64,000 bases of DNA from the NCBI GenBank assembly GCA_964230645.1, contig CAXRHT010000002.1, positions 1,632,001-1,696,000 of the forward strand. The letters are read 5' to 3'. The notes below the pieces were generated by a model. That model was not told the origin of the DNA and made no database searches. It was given only the letters and a program-made list of their open reading frames with translations. This document shows, one piece after another, positions 18,148-27,349 of the stretch. The DNA comes from Bdellovibrionales bacterium. GTDB taxonomy: Bacteria; Bdellovibrionota; Bdellovibrionia; Bdellovibrionales; JAGQZY01. A program made the position numbers and the translations under genes. Positions within the stretch are counted from its first letter, which is position 1. The number at the start of each line of letters is the position of its first letter.

Positions 18148-19980
18148 ATGTCACTACTGATTTCTGTTCAAAAAGTTGAAAAATCAATGGGTGACAGAGT
18201 CCTTTTTGAAGGGCTTTCTTTTGGAATCCACGAGAAAGAAAAAATCGCTCTGCTTGGCCCTAATGGTGCCGGTAAATCCACGCTACTTAAAATCTTGGCA
18301 GGCATTGAGCCTTCCGACCAAGGCGAAGTCTCCCCTAAAAAAAATCTCGTAATGGCTTATGTTCCACAAGAGGACCTTTTCCCTGAGGAAGATTCTGCAC
18401 TTAAAACCAGTGTCGATCATCTCAGAGAGTTTGGTCTGGACGAGTCCACAGCACAGATCCAGAGTGCCATTCATCTGTCCATGGCTGGTTTTGAAGATCA
18501 TCAAGTGCCTATAAAAAAGCTTTCTGGAGGCTGGAAAAAACGTCTGGCACTAGCAATAGCCTTTGCTAAAGAAGCAGAGCTCCTTTTACTTGATGAGCCA
18601 ACCAACCATTTGGATTGGGAAGGAATTGAGTGGCTCGAAGGGCAGCTCAAGACTTTTAAAAACAGTGCTCTCATCATTAGCCATGACCGGGAGTTTTTAA
18701 ACAATCAATGCCAAGAATTTATGGAAGTCAGTCGTCTCTATGAAAATGGCTTTTTCCAACAACAAGGCTCCTATGAAAATTTTGTAGAAAAACGGCAACA
18801 GTACCAGGAACAGCAGCTGAAAAAACAAGAAAGTTTAAGCAATAAAGCCAAACGAGAGGTTGAGTGGTTGCGAGCTGGAGTGAAAGCTCGAACCACTAAA
18901 AGTCAAAGCCGTATAAAGGAAGCTCATCAACTATTAGATGACCTGGGAGAGGTTAAGCAGCGCAATCTCACCGGAGCCCGCAGAACCCAAATACAAATTG
19001 AAAAGGGTGGAAAGAAATCCAAAAAACTCATCGAAACCAAAAACCTTTCGATTCACTATGGCTCCAAAACAATCCTAAATGATTTAAACCTTACGTTGGG
19101 ACCCAATCAATGTTTGGGTGTTCTAGGAGACAATGCCAGTGGTAAAACCAGCCTCCTTAAGGTTTTGGCTCAATCGGCTGATAATTATGAGGGAGAGCTT
19201 TTTCACGCAGATGGTCTTAAAATTGTTTACTTTGATCAGAAACGAGCCAGCCTGCAACAAGACAGTAATCTTATGGAATATCTAGGGGATGGCTCAGATC
19301 ATGTCACTTTTAACGATAAGAGCGTCCATGTGGCCTCCTACGCTTCACGTTTTTTATTTGATTCTCAAAAAATGAATCTTCCCATTCGCAAACTCTCCGG
19401 CGGGGAACAGGCGCGCCTTCTTATAGCCAAAATACTACTTCAGCCTGCCGACGCGCTTATTCTAGATGAGCCCACCAATGACCTGGATATCGCAACCATT
19501 GAAATCCTAGAGGAAAGTATCAAACAATTCCCTGGTCTTTGCCTCCTCGTTTCCCACGATCGCTACTTCTTAAAAAATTGCTGCAGCAAATATATTGCGT
19601 TGGATGGTGAGGGAGGCTGGGAAGTTTACCCAGAACTCAACCAGTGGCTGCGGGAGAGAACATTAACGGAAGAGGCCGCCTCCCCCACTACAAAACCTCC
19701 CTCCCAACCCACCTCTCATAGAAAGGAAAAAATCAAACTTTCTTACAAAGAAAAGCGTTTTTTAGAAACAGTGGAAGACGACATCCTTACCGCCGAGGAC
19801 AATCTTGAGGCAGCTAAAAAAGCAATGACGGAACAAGAGGACTTTTCCGATCACGAGAAGACCCAGGCCTTGGTCGCGGAACTTGAAAAGAAGCAGCAAG
19901 TGGTGGATGAACTATACAAGACTTGGGATGAGATCGAGAAAAAACAAAATCAAATAAAAGAGCAAAAAAACAACTCGTAA
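18148..19980 (+). CDS. uup: ABC-F family ATPase, Uup-like
   Basis: Two ABC domains (GPNGAGKST, LSGG, LDEPTN twice), KARTTKSQSR linker, KLSYKE C-terminal domain. Confidence 0.88.
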   Translation: MSLLISVQKVEKSMGDRVLFEGLSFGIHEKEKIALLGPNGAGKSTLLKILAGIEPSDQGEVSPKKNLVMAYVPQEDLFPEEDSALKTSVDHLREFGLDESTAQIQSAIHLSMAGFEDHQVPIKKLSGGWKKRLALAIAFAKEAELLLLDEPTNHLDWEGIEWLEGQLKTFKNSALIISHDREFLNNQCQEFMEVSRLYENGFFQQQGSYENFVEKRQQYQEQQLKKQESLSNKAKREVEWLRAGVKARTTKSQSRIKEAHQLLDDLGEVKQRNLTGARRTQIQIEKGGKKSKKLIETKNLSIHYGSKTILNDLNLTLGPNQCLGVLGDNASGKTSLLKVLAQSADNYEGELFHADGLKIVYFDQKRASLQQDSNLMEYLGDGSDHVTFNDKSVHVASYASRFLFDSQKMNLPIRKLSGGEQARLLIAKILLQPADALILDEPTNDLDIATIEILEESIKQFPGLCLLVSHDRYFLKNCCSKYIALDGEGGWEVYPELNQWLRERTLTEEAASPTTKPPSQPTSHRKEKIKLSYKEKRFLETVEDDILTAEDNLEAAKKAMTEQEDFSDHEKTQALVAELEKKQQVVDELYKTWDEIEKKQNQIKEQKNNS

Positions 19981-20042
19981 AAAAGTGCCTACTGACTCTC
20001 CTCTACTTTCCTTTGAAAAAAAAATCATGCTATAAATTGGGA

Positions 20043-21203
20043 ATGGAAATTATAAGAAAACTGCTCACAGCTATTGCCCTATCCTTCGCCCTTGCTTTCC
20101 TCATTTTCGCCTGCACAAAAAAGGATCAGGAAGCCAATACTTCAGAGTCTGAAGCCACTTCCGCTCAGGCTCCAAAGACATCAGATCAAAGTATCTCAGA
20201 ATCCTTAGATAAGATGGGCTTTAAAACAAAAGAGGAAATGCTTGCCCTCTCAAAGAATTTTGAATCGGCCAAGAAGGATGTCGAGAAGTTCAAAGCTTGT
20301 CTCCCGATCAGTTCCGCTCTAGCTAACTATAAGATGAGGGAGTCTTTAAAAAAGGAAATTCCAACCTTTACAAAAGATCAATACCAAACCCTTAACGAGG
20401 CCACTGAATTCTGCCAGTGGGCCGGAAAAGTTCTTAACGAATTCGAAGAAAGCCTTACCAAAGAAGAGCTCCAGGAGATTTCCCAAGGAGTTGATAATTC
20501 GATCGTACCTTATACTCAGAAGGTTTTCTCTACTGACAGAAGGTGCACGGCTGAAGAGTACACAAAACTTCTTAACGAAAATGATGACCTTTATACCAAT
20601 CCACGGGTCCTTTCTGCCATTCTTATTTTAGTATCCATCCAGCGGGACGGGAACGCCCCCACTTATATACCTCGGTACAAGAAAATCGTTGAACGCAAAG
20701 ATCACAAACACAAAGAACTCATTTTTTACTTTCTCGACCAAGTTGAGAAAAGCAATGCAACCAAGGGGTCGATGAAACTTAAAAAAGCTTCCATCGCTAA
20801 AGCGACAAAGGCCTTCTCCGAGTTTGGCATTAACAATGTCGAAACCTTTATGGCTAATTCTCTTGAAAAAGCTCCCAATTGCCTCAGCTCCATTGGCTCT
20901 GGTGTTATTGATATTTCAAAGAATGTGGCCACCCAGAAAAATATGATCGTCCTTCATAAAAGAATTGTAGAAGAGGTCAAAAAGAGTCAAAAGCTTCCTA
21001 CAACGGCCAGTAAAGATGCGAGATTTCAAGAGCTGAGTCCTTCGTTTTTAGAAACCCTAGAAAAAGAGAACTTAGCCTATAAAGATAGCTGGTTTCGCCC
21101 CCTTTTGATCAAAGGCGAACCTAAGAATTTTATTCTTATATCAAAGGGCAAAGACCGAAACCCCAATACAAAAGACGATTTACAATATCCAAAGCCTGAG
21201 TAG
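20043..21203 (+). CDS. Hypothetical lipoprotein with pilin/GspG-like C-terminal motif
   Basis: Lipobox IFAC; KDSW..LISKGKDRNPNTKDD resembles the GspG D-W..S-G-D..T-DD tail; ATG at 20043. Confidence 0.65.
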   Translation: MEIIRKLLTAIALSFALAFLIFACTKKDQEANTSESEATSAQAPKTSDQSISESLDKMGFKTKEEMLALSKNFESAKKDVEKFKACLPISSALANYKMRESLKKEIPTFTKDQYQTLNEATEFCQWAGKVLNEFEESLTKEELQEISQGVDNSIVPYTQKVFSTDRRCTAEEYTKLLNENDDLYTNPRVLSAILILVSIQRDGNAPTYIPRYKKIVERKDHKHKELIFYFLDQVEKSNATKGSMKLKKASIAKATKAFSEFGINNVETFMANSLEKAPNCLSSIGSGVIDISKNVATQKNMIVLHKRIVEEVKKSQKLPTTASKDARFQELSPSFLETLEKENLAYKDSWFRPLLIKGEPKNFILISKGKDRNPNTKDDLQYPKPE

Positions 21204-21532
21204 TTGGTCCCAGCTTTTTCGGATAATAGCCCTATATTTTTTTCAGACCTGAGTCATCGGAGGTCGTCACTGTTAGTTAGTGGCGAAGCCTCTTCTCCTT
21301 AAAACATGTTCGAAGGGTCGTCGCCAATCGTTGTGACGGATTAATATTTTCAATTGGATGACTGCTCTTTGACCATTAAGAGCTCCCTGCCCTAGTAATT
21401 GAACTCATAAGGGTTGGGGGAGATCATCACTGCCAAATTTTTGGTACATCCTGTTGTTTTTACAGGGATTTATCAGCGGCAGTGACAAGGATGACGCCCT
21501 GAGCTAAATTCTTGCCTATAAGGGGAAATTTA

Positions 21533-22186
21533 ATGGGACGCTTAACTAAAACTATTCCGTTTTGCCTAGCAATGCTTGTGACTTATTACGCTAACACGGC
21601 CATGAGCGCGCGAAACTTTAATGTGCCACAAGGAGCTCTTAACCAGCAAAGCAACTGGCAAGAGCCCCATGTCCCAGCCCCTGAACTTCTACTTGAGGCG
21701 AGCTCCTCTATTCCAATTCAAAATTTTTGTCTCAATGAAGACTCCATTGAATCAACTGAGGAAATGACGGTCTGTAAATCATGGGTCGGCGAAGAGTGTA
21801 TCGAGTTTGCCGATGAAATCCTGGAAATCCCTCTAAACAATGATAAAGAATTTTGTTCTCACTGGACAGTGACCGACTCTGACGGAAACGAGCAAGACTT
21901 TGCCTCGGACTACTTCGAGGCTCTCGACTACCACCTCTACAGAGAAAACGCGACGGAGCCCCCTTTTTGTCTTCCCGAAGACTTAGGACGCGTTGTCGAT
22001 TTTGAGGGCCTTAGTAATTCCAATGGAAGGCCTGCTCTTTTTGAAGTGCAGTTTGAAGGCCGAGAAGAGCAATCCTATCAAATTTTAACCTGTGAATTCG
22101 TTGAATCTACAGCGACCTTAAGTAATGAAGTGATTCTCACTGGTGGTGAACACAGTGGTGGTGGGAAAAGGAAGAATGATCAATAG
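21533..22186 (+). CDS. Secreted acidic Cys-containing hypothetical protein
   Basis: Signal peptide ending AMSA; AAGGGG RBS before ATG 21533; GGEHSGGG near C-terminus. Confidence 0.7.
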   Translation: MGRLTKTIPFCLAMLVTYYANTAMSARNFNVPQGALNQQSNWQEPHVPAPELLLEASSSIPIQNFCLNEDSIESTEEMTVCKSWVGEECIEFADEILEIPLNNDKEFCSHWTVTDSDGNEQDFASDYFEALDYHLYRENATEPPFCLPEDLGRVVDFEGLSNSNGRPALFEVQFEGREEQSYQILTCEFVESTATLSNEVILTGGEHSGGGKRKNDQ

Positions 22187-23039
22187 TATGATGACTCAAG
22201 CCAACTCTAATATTGAATCCACCCAGCAAAACTCGGAAGCCGCTCTTATCGATTCGGCTTCCTTACAATTGCAAAATATTCTAGTTCGCTACCTGCAGAG
22301 CCGTCCCCACCTTTCACTCAATGGACTTTCCAAGCGCTGTGCCGTGAGTGAGCCAACTCTTCGTCGTATTCGAAAAGGGCAATTAAAAACCCTTCCATCG
22401 GTTTCGAACATTATGGAAATTTTGAGATATATCTCTCAAAAAAGTGAAGCCTCTGAAATCATTAAATTCTTCGGCGGACCGCTGGAAGAGTATCTCGATG
22501 AAAAGCTCCCACAAATTGATACCTACAAAAAAATTGAGGTCTCTCAACACCTGACTCAAGTCCTTAAAGACCCCGTTAAATATTTGATCTATAAACTCTC
22601 TGTTAACACTGAGGGTGTGGGCCTTGAAAAGGTCGTTGAAATGTTTGGCAGCTATGGAGAAAAGCAGCTTCTTTCCTTGGTTCAGGAAGATCTTGTAGAG
22701 AAAAGAGGGCCCCACTATTTCGGAAAAATTGAGTACTTCGCTCTTTCTCATGAAGTGTTCATCGATCACTTTAAATGCACGGCTGATTTCATCAAGCCCC
22801 ACAAACTGGCCAACTCGAAAAAATCTCTTTCTCCTCATTTTGCTAACTCTTCAACGGGTCTTAACAAAAAGGGTTATGCGGAAGTTCTAAAGATACAAAG
22901 AGCCGCCTTGAAAAAGGTCAGAAAGGTGATGGCGGATTCCAAGTTTTTGGGCTCTATACCCACCTTTTATATAGGGGCCATCGATACCATTGATCTGCGC
23001 TCGGCCGATGAGTTTCCCGACGACTCCTCAGAGCAATAA
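22176..23039 (+). CDS. HTH-containing putative regulator (TIGR02147-like architecture)
   Basis: LSLNGLSKRCAVSEPTLRRI HTH; winged-helix-like middle; ATG 22176 overlaps upstream gene end. Confidence 0.65.
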   Translation: MINSMMTQANSNIESTQQNSEAALIDSASLQLQNILVRYLQSRPHLSLNGLSKRCAVSEPTLRRIRKGQLKTLPSVSNIMEILRYISQKSEASEIIKFFGGPLEEYLDEKLPQIDTYKKIEVSQHLTQVLKDPVKYLIYKLSVNTEGVGLEKVVEMFGSYGEKQLLSLVQEDLVEKRGPHYFGKIEYFALSHEVFIDHFKCTADFIKPHKLANSKKSLSPHFANSSTGLNKKGYAEVLKIQRAALKKVRKVMADSKFLGSIPTFYIGAIDTIDLRSADEFPDDSSEQ

Positions 23040-23055
23040 TTAAAAATTGGGGATA

Positions 23056-23459
23056 CATCTTCCCGAGTCTGACCTGTCATCCTGAGTTTCACCCGTCATC
23101 CTGAGTCTCGCCTGTCATCCTGAGGCGAAGCCGAAGGATCTCTAACCGGAATTCACATGATTATTCCTGTAGGCAATTCTTCTCGAAACTAGGATTTCCA
23201 TCTTGTTGTCATTCTGAGCGAAGCGAAGAATCTTTAGCTACTACAATGAGATCCTTTCCTCTCGCTCTGGATGACATTGCGAGAGATTGGCCATTTAGCC
23301 GCTAATTTTCCAATGAGTTATTTCGCGGAAAGATTCTTCGCTTTGCTCAGAATGACGATAGGAAATAAGTCCCATTACCGGAATTTTACGACTAGCCTAG
23401 GAATTCAAGTTATTTCCGGTTAAAGATCCTTCGGCTTCGCCTCAGGATGACGGGTGAGA
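23056..23459. repeat. Nested YGTC-tagged palindromic repeat cluster
   Basis: 46-bp outer IR 23106-23151/23414-23459 (3 mismatches); inner IR 23207-23235/23329-23357; degenerate unit 23249-23276; 19-bp tandem units at 23056/23075/23094/23113. Confidence 0.9.
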
Positions 23460-23579
23460 ATAGCCAAGCTCTATCAATGTAATAGTTAAAAATTTTAAAA
23501 AGCTAAAAAAAAGTTTCACACCTTCGCATAGTTTTAACTTGGAGTTTCGATCATACTGGTTCCAGTAAGGAGATCAAAT

Positions 23580-23738
23580 ATGGATATCATTCGTTTAATA
23601 CTCGCCATCGTGTTCCCACCCCTGGGAGTGTTTCTACAAGTGGGTTTAAGTGGCGCCTTTTTTCTGAATATCCTCCTTACCCTTCTTGGCTATCTTCCCG
23701 GCATCATTCATGCCGTCTGGATCATAGCGAAACGTTAA
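23580..23738 (+). CDS. yqaE: YqaE/Pmp3 family small membrane protein, 52 aa (not in ORF track)
   Basis: MDIIRLILAIVFPPLGVFLQVGLSGAFFLNILLTLLGYLPGIIHAVWIIAKR*; AAGGAG RBS. Confidence 0.93.
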   Translation: MDIIRLILAIVFPPLGVFLQVGLSGAFFLNILLTLLGYLPGIIHAVWIIAKR

Positions 23739-23758
23739 ACCACCTAATGGAGGCAAAA

Positions 23759-23917
23759 ATGGGAGAATCTACTAATAAATCAATCAGTGAGAGCAGTGCC
23801 CAGACTAGTAAAAAACCTGACGAGACCCCACAAAACCAAAGAGTGATCGCAAAAAGTCCTATTCCAATACCTAGAAAATCCAGTAAAGGTTTCGAAAAAG
23901 TCCCCAACTCAGTATAA
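23759..23917 (+). CDS. Possible 52-aa hydrophilic small protein
   Basis: GGAGG RBS then MGESTNKSISESSAQ...; overlaps the convergent gene end by 47 nt. Confidence 0.3.
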   Translation: MGESTNKSISESSAQTSKKPDETPQNQRVIAKSPIPIPRKSSKGFEKVPNSV

Positions 23918-24275
23918 GGACTACGGCAATAGGGCCTATCCAAGGCTTAAAGTGGATGGGATCGATCGAAAAAAACTTTTGCACCCACAGGTAGATGGGA
24001 ATCAAAGCGACAAAAGGACCAAAGGGATTGAACTGTAGCGACCAATTGAAATGCCCAGTAAAAAACGCGATCATTGATCGGGTCATTCCACAACCAGGGC
24101 ATAAAAGTCCGGTCAAAGCATGGAAGGGACAAAACAGGAGGGAGTGCTGCGAGATATGCTCAATGCTCTCCATACTCAAAGGTCGCCAGATAAGGTTCAG
24201 CACCAAAACTGCACTTGGAAACGCATAGATATAAAATAGATCAAAATCAAGGGCGTCTCTGAGCTTGTTTTTCAT
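23871..24275 (-). CDS. DUF2752 family membrane protein
   Basis: CPFHALTGLLCPGCGMTRS, FNPFG; ATG 24275 just after upstream stop. Confidence 0.88.
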   Translation of the reverse strand: MKNKLRDALDFDLFYIYAFPSAVLVLNLIWRPLSMESIEHISQHSLLFCPFHALTGLLCPGCGMTRSMIAFFTGHFNWSLQFNPFGPFVALIPIYLWVQKFFSIDPIHFKPWIGPIAVVLILSWGLFRNLYWIF

Positions 24276-24276
24276 C

Positions 24277-24627
24277 TTAAAGATCTTTGTTCCCAAAAAA
24301 AGTGTTGATATCGCTCTGCTGAATGGCATCGCAAATCATTGGCAGACCAATAATGGTTAAAACAAGAGCAATGAGTCCAGACTGGTCCGACGGTTTTCCT
24401 AAAGCTTGCGCGATGTCACTGGATTTACGGAATTCATGATAGATATGGTAAATGCCGCAAGTGACAAGTGTGAGTAGAAACCAGAAAAGAAAATTGTATT
24501 TTTCTCGCCCCAACATGGCGTTGACCGCCTGGCACTGCTTGTACTGAATATATATGTTGTAGAGCATGCAGGTAAGTAAGCTTAAAATAATATCTAAAGT
24601 AATATTGCGTACGTGTTCGCTTTCCAT
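24277..24627 (-). CDS. DUF4234-like membrane protein
   Basis: Repeated LLTCMLY / LVTCGIY TM motif; IQQSDIN end. Confidence 0.75.
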   Translation of the reverse strand: MESEHVRNITLDIILSLLTCMLYNIYIQYKQCQAVNAMLGREKYNFLFWFLLTLVTCGIYHIYHEFRKSSDIAQALGKPSDQSGLIALVLTIIGLPMICDAIQQSDINTFFGNKDL

Positions 24628-24882
24628 AATTGTGATGACCCCTCGTTGAAGTCTTATTTATAAATATTGTTCTCATCGAATTCAATGATTCAGCTCCCAA
24701 AACCACTGGGTTTTGACTCAAAGCCTTCTAGCCAACCAGACACCTGCAATGACCGTTCACCTCTTCAAATTGACAATCGGGACGGATACTCCATGTAAGT
24801 TGTTGTTTTTACTTAAAAATTTAAAACTGTCTCCAAATAGCTTCACTTTTACAAATCCGTTTTTTAAAGACTAAATGGAGAG

Positions 24883-26397
24883 ATGAAAAACAAGATTCAA
24901 AGTTATCTCTTTTTATCACTTGCTCCAATTTTAATATCCGCTTGTGCCAGTCTTCATGAAAAAGCTAAGGACTACCATCAACAAGGCAACTACAGGCAGG
25001 CTATGGACCTTTACTCTAGAATTTTAGAGGATGACCCGAGCGATAAAAAAGCACAGGTGGGTCTTAACAGAGCTCAAGATGGATGGATCAGTCAAAGTCT
25101 TCTTGAAGTTAGGCGTTACCGTTTGGCTAAAAATTTTGAGAAGGCCAACGAGCTCCTCCGACTTATCTTTCAAAATGAAAAAAAGTGGAACACATTTCCG
25201 CGCGGAGCCGCCGCCTTCACTCAAAAAGAGGAGGTGGACTTTGCACGGCAAAGAGTGGTGTTCAGTATCTATAACCGCCTCAACGATCAAAAACCACTGG
25301 CCGCCTACTGGTACATTTCACAGTATGAGTTCTTATTCCAAAGCAACAAGCATCATCGATTGGCCAAAAGGATCTTTCAACAGACAAAAAGGACAGGACA
25401 AAATGATTGTAAAAGACGGATTCAAAAAATTGATTCTGTTAATTATTACTATAGCCAATTTTTGACCGAGTATTGCAATCTTTGGAAGCTCAATCTTGGT
25501 CAGGCTCAGAAGATCAATCGTGCCCATTTCGCTCGATCTTATTCCTCCGTGAGAGTCCACAATAAAACGGAAAACTTTGATGATCTTTTCACGATTGAAC
25601 TGAATAAAAAAATCGAAGAGAAGCTAAAGGACTCCCCCTGGTACCACCCCGAAGGGAAGAGAGTTTTGAAACTCGATTTGGTAGGTGATTACAATTACAA
25701 ACACACCAAAGAGCCAACAACCCTGACTCACTCCTATACTCAAACCGTACCTTACGAAGTCACCCATATTCGCCCAAGAAATAAAAAGAAACCTAAAAAA
25801 TCAGGTCTTGAACACACCTTAGATGCCATCATCCTTGTAGGCCACCTTGTGACTGCGGCAACCGCGACTCCACCTAATACAGAACGTACCTATGACAACG
25901 GCGATGGAACTCAAACGGTGATTGAAACACGCTACAGAGAAGAACCAAGAACAATGACTTACACTGCCACCTCTCACCGCGAAAACTTTTCTACAAGGAT
26001 GGCCCTTATTGGGGACCTCAAAAGCCATGAGCTAAAAGTCTTCCACAGCAATGAGCATGACTATAACACCATTGCTCACCAAAATAGCATTGATAGTGTC
26101 GGCCTTTTTCCCAAAAAAGCGAACCTCATAGGTTCCGAAGTTTGGATTCAAAACGAACGAGACGAACTCGCTCATAACTTTGAAATCCAAATGCTCTCCC
26201 AATGGAAACAAAGCTACTGCACCAACCGCGACATCTCAAACTCTCAATCCCCTTTAGCCCACGAATGGGTCCTACGCTGCTTCCAAGGCGAAACCCAAGG
26301 AGTCCCCCAAAACTACCAAACCTGGTTCAAAAACCAATGGGGCATAACCTACAACCAATCCCAATCCCTCCCCCCACTCCACTTCCTCTCAATTTAA
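24883..26397 (+). CDS. TPR-containing lipoprotein
   Basis: Lipobox ISAC; TPR-like GNYRQAMDLYSRILEDDP. Confidence 0.75.
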   Translation: MKNKIQSYLFLSLAPILISACASLHEKAKDYHQQGNYRQAMDLYSRILEDDPSDKKAQVGLNRAQDGWISQSLLEVRRYRLAKNFEKANELLRLIFQNEKKWNTFPRGAAAFTQKEEVDFARQRVVFSIYNRLNDQKPLAAYWYISQYEFLFQSNKHHRLAKRIFQQTKRTGQNDCKRRIQKIDSVNYYYSQFLTEYCNLWKLNLGQAQKINRAHFARSYSSVRVHNKTENFDDLFTIELNKKIEEKLKDSPWYHPEGKRVLKLDLVGDYNYKHTKEPTTLTHSYTQTVPYEVTHIRPRNKKKPKKSGLEHTLDAIILVGHLVTAATATPPNTERTYDNGDGTQTVIETRYREEPRTMTYTATSHRENFSTRMALIGDLKSHELKVFHSNEHDYNTIAHQNSIDSVGLFPKKANLIGSEVWIQNERDELAHNFEIQMLSQWKQSYCTNRDISNSQSPLAHEWVLRCFQGETQGVPQNYQTWFKNQWGITYNQSQSLPPLHFLSI

Positions 26398-26416
26398 AAA
26401 AAAACTAATTAATGTA

Positions 26417-26571
26417 GCGATTATTGAGTCGTTTTCTGGAAGTCTGAGGGGGCGATGATGGTGGGCTCTGGCAAGCGGGACGCGCTCACCCGCAGGGTGA
26501 TGCCAGCAAAGCAGGAGCTGGGCCCATAAGCAGCGCCCCCTCAGACTTCCAGAAAACGGCTCAATAATCGC
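26417..26571. mobile_element. 155-bp palindromic MITE-like element
   Basis: 38-bp terminal inverted repeats (26417-26454/26534-26571, 1 mismatch) around a GC-rich multi-stem core (CTGGCA/TGCCAG, TCACCC-GCA-GGGTGA); mobility inferred. Confidence 0.7.
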
Positions 26572-26614
26572 GCCCCGACCTTGACTCTGTGCAAAACGGC
26601 CCCAGATTAGATAA

Positions 26615-27292
26615 GTGTTTGATTTAGAAGACGAACCCGAAGAACTCCAATCCCCGCCTGAAAAAAGACTGGTGGGAACTCTCCTCACTGAAAAGCCCTG
26701 GAGTCGTAGCCTTGGCTATACTTTTTTGATGGTGCTTTTTATCACAGGAGTCACTCAGTTCTATTGGCTCGATCCTCTAGAGATCTCCTCTTTTTTTCCC
26801 GCGGTTAAAAAAAACATCTTTCAATCAGGAGAGATCTGGCGTCTTTGGTCGGCCATGCTCATTCACGGCGACATCGGACACCTTCTATCGAATCTCTATA
26901 TGCTCAGTATATTCACCTATTTTATAATAGGTTATTTTAAGTTAAAGGCTTTTTGGCTTCTGACTCTTGTTGGAGGAAGCCTCGTCAACCTCTTCGCAAT
27001 TTCTACCTATGCCCCTAATGTTCGCCTTCTCGGAGCTTCAGGACTTGTTTATTTGTTCGGAGGATTTTGGTTGGGGCTTTATATGTTTATACAAACGCAA
27101 CATTCTTTCACAAAAAGAATCGTACGAGTTTTTGGAATGGGACTCATGGTCTTCTTCCCCACAACTTTTGAAGCTACAACTAGTTATCGCACACATTTTA
27201 TCGGCTTTGTCGTCGGACTTTTATTTGGCATCACATATTTTGTAATCAACAGAAAGAAAATCCGAAAAAAAGATAAATATACCTATGTTTAA
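26615..27292 (+). CDS. Rhomboid intramembrane serine protease
   Basis: WRLWS..IHGDIGHL..N, GASG, THFIGF. Confidence 0.92.
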   Translation: MFDLEDEPEELQSPPEKRLVGTLLTEKPWSRSLGYTFLMVLFITGVTQFYWLDPLEISSFFPAVKKNIFQSGEIWRLWSAMLIHGDIGHLLSNLYMLSIFTYFIIGYFKLKAFWLLTLVGGSLVNLFAISTYAPNVRLLGASGLVYLFGGFWLGLYMFIQTQHSFTKRIVRVFGMGLMVFFPTTFEATTSYRTHFIGFVVGLLFGITYFVINRKKIRKKDKYTYV

Positions 27293-27316
27293 AAACTTTT
27301 ACTCTTACTTAGGTGT

Positions 27317-27338
27317 CAAAAGGGGCAATCCCCTTTTG
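27317..27338. terminator. Hairpin terminator between convergent genes
   Basis: CAAAAGGGG-CAAT-CCCCTTTTG. Confidence 0.7.
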
Positions 27339-27349
27339 GAAGCTATGTT

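Noticed and set aside
23056..23459. CRISPR array interpretation of the short tandem repeats (also at 7.4 kb and 39 kb)
   Set aside because: Units are 12-25 bp with no unique 30-40 bp spacers, they are parts of inverted repeats, and no cas genes are present
26389..26688. 99-aa minus-strand ORF
   Set aside because: Runs through the palindromic element and overlaps the rhomboid start; no protein-like features
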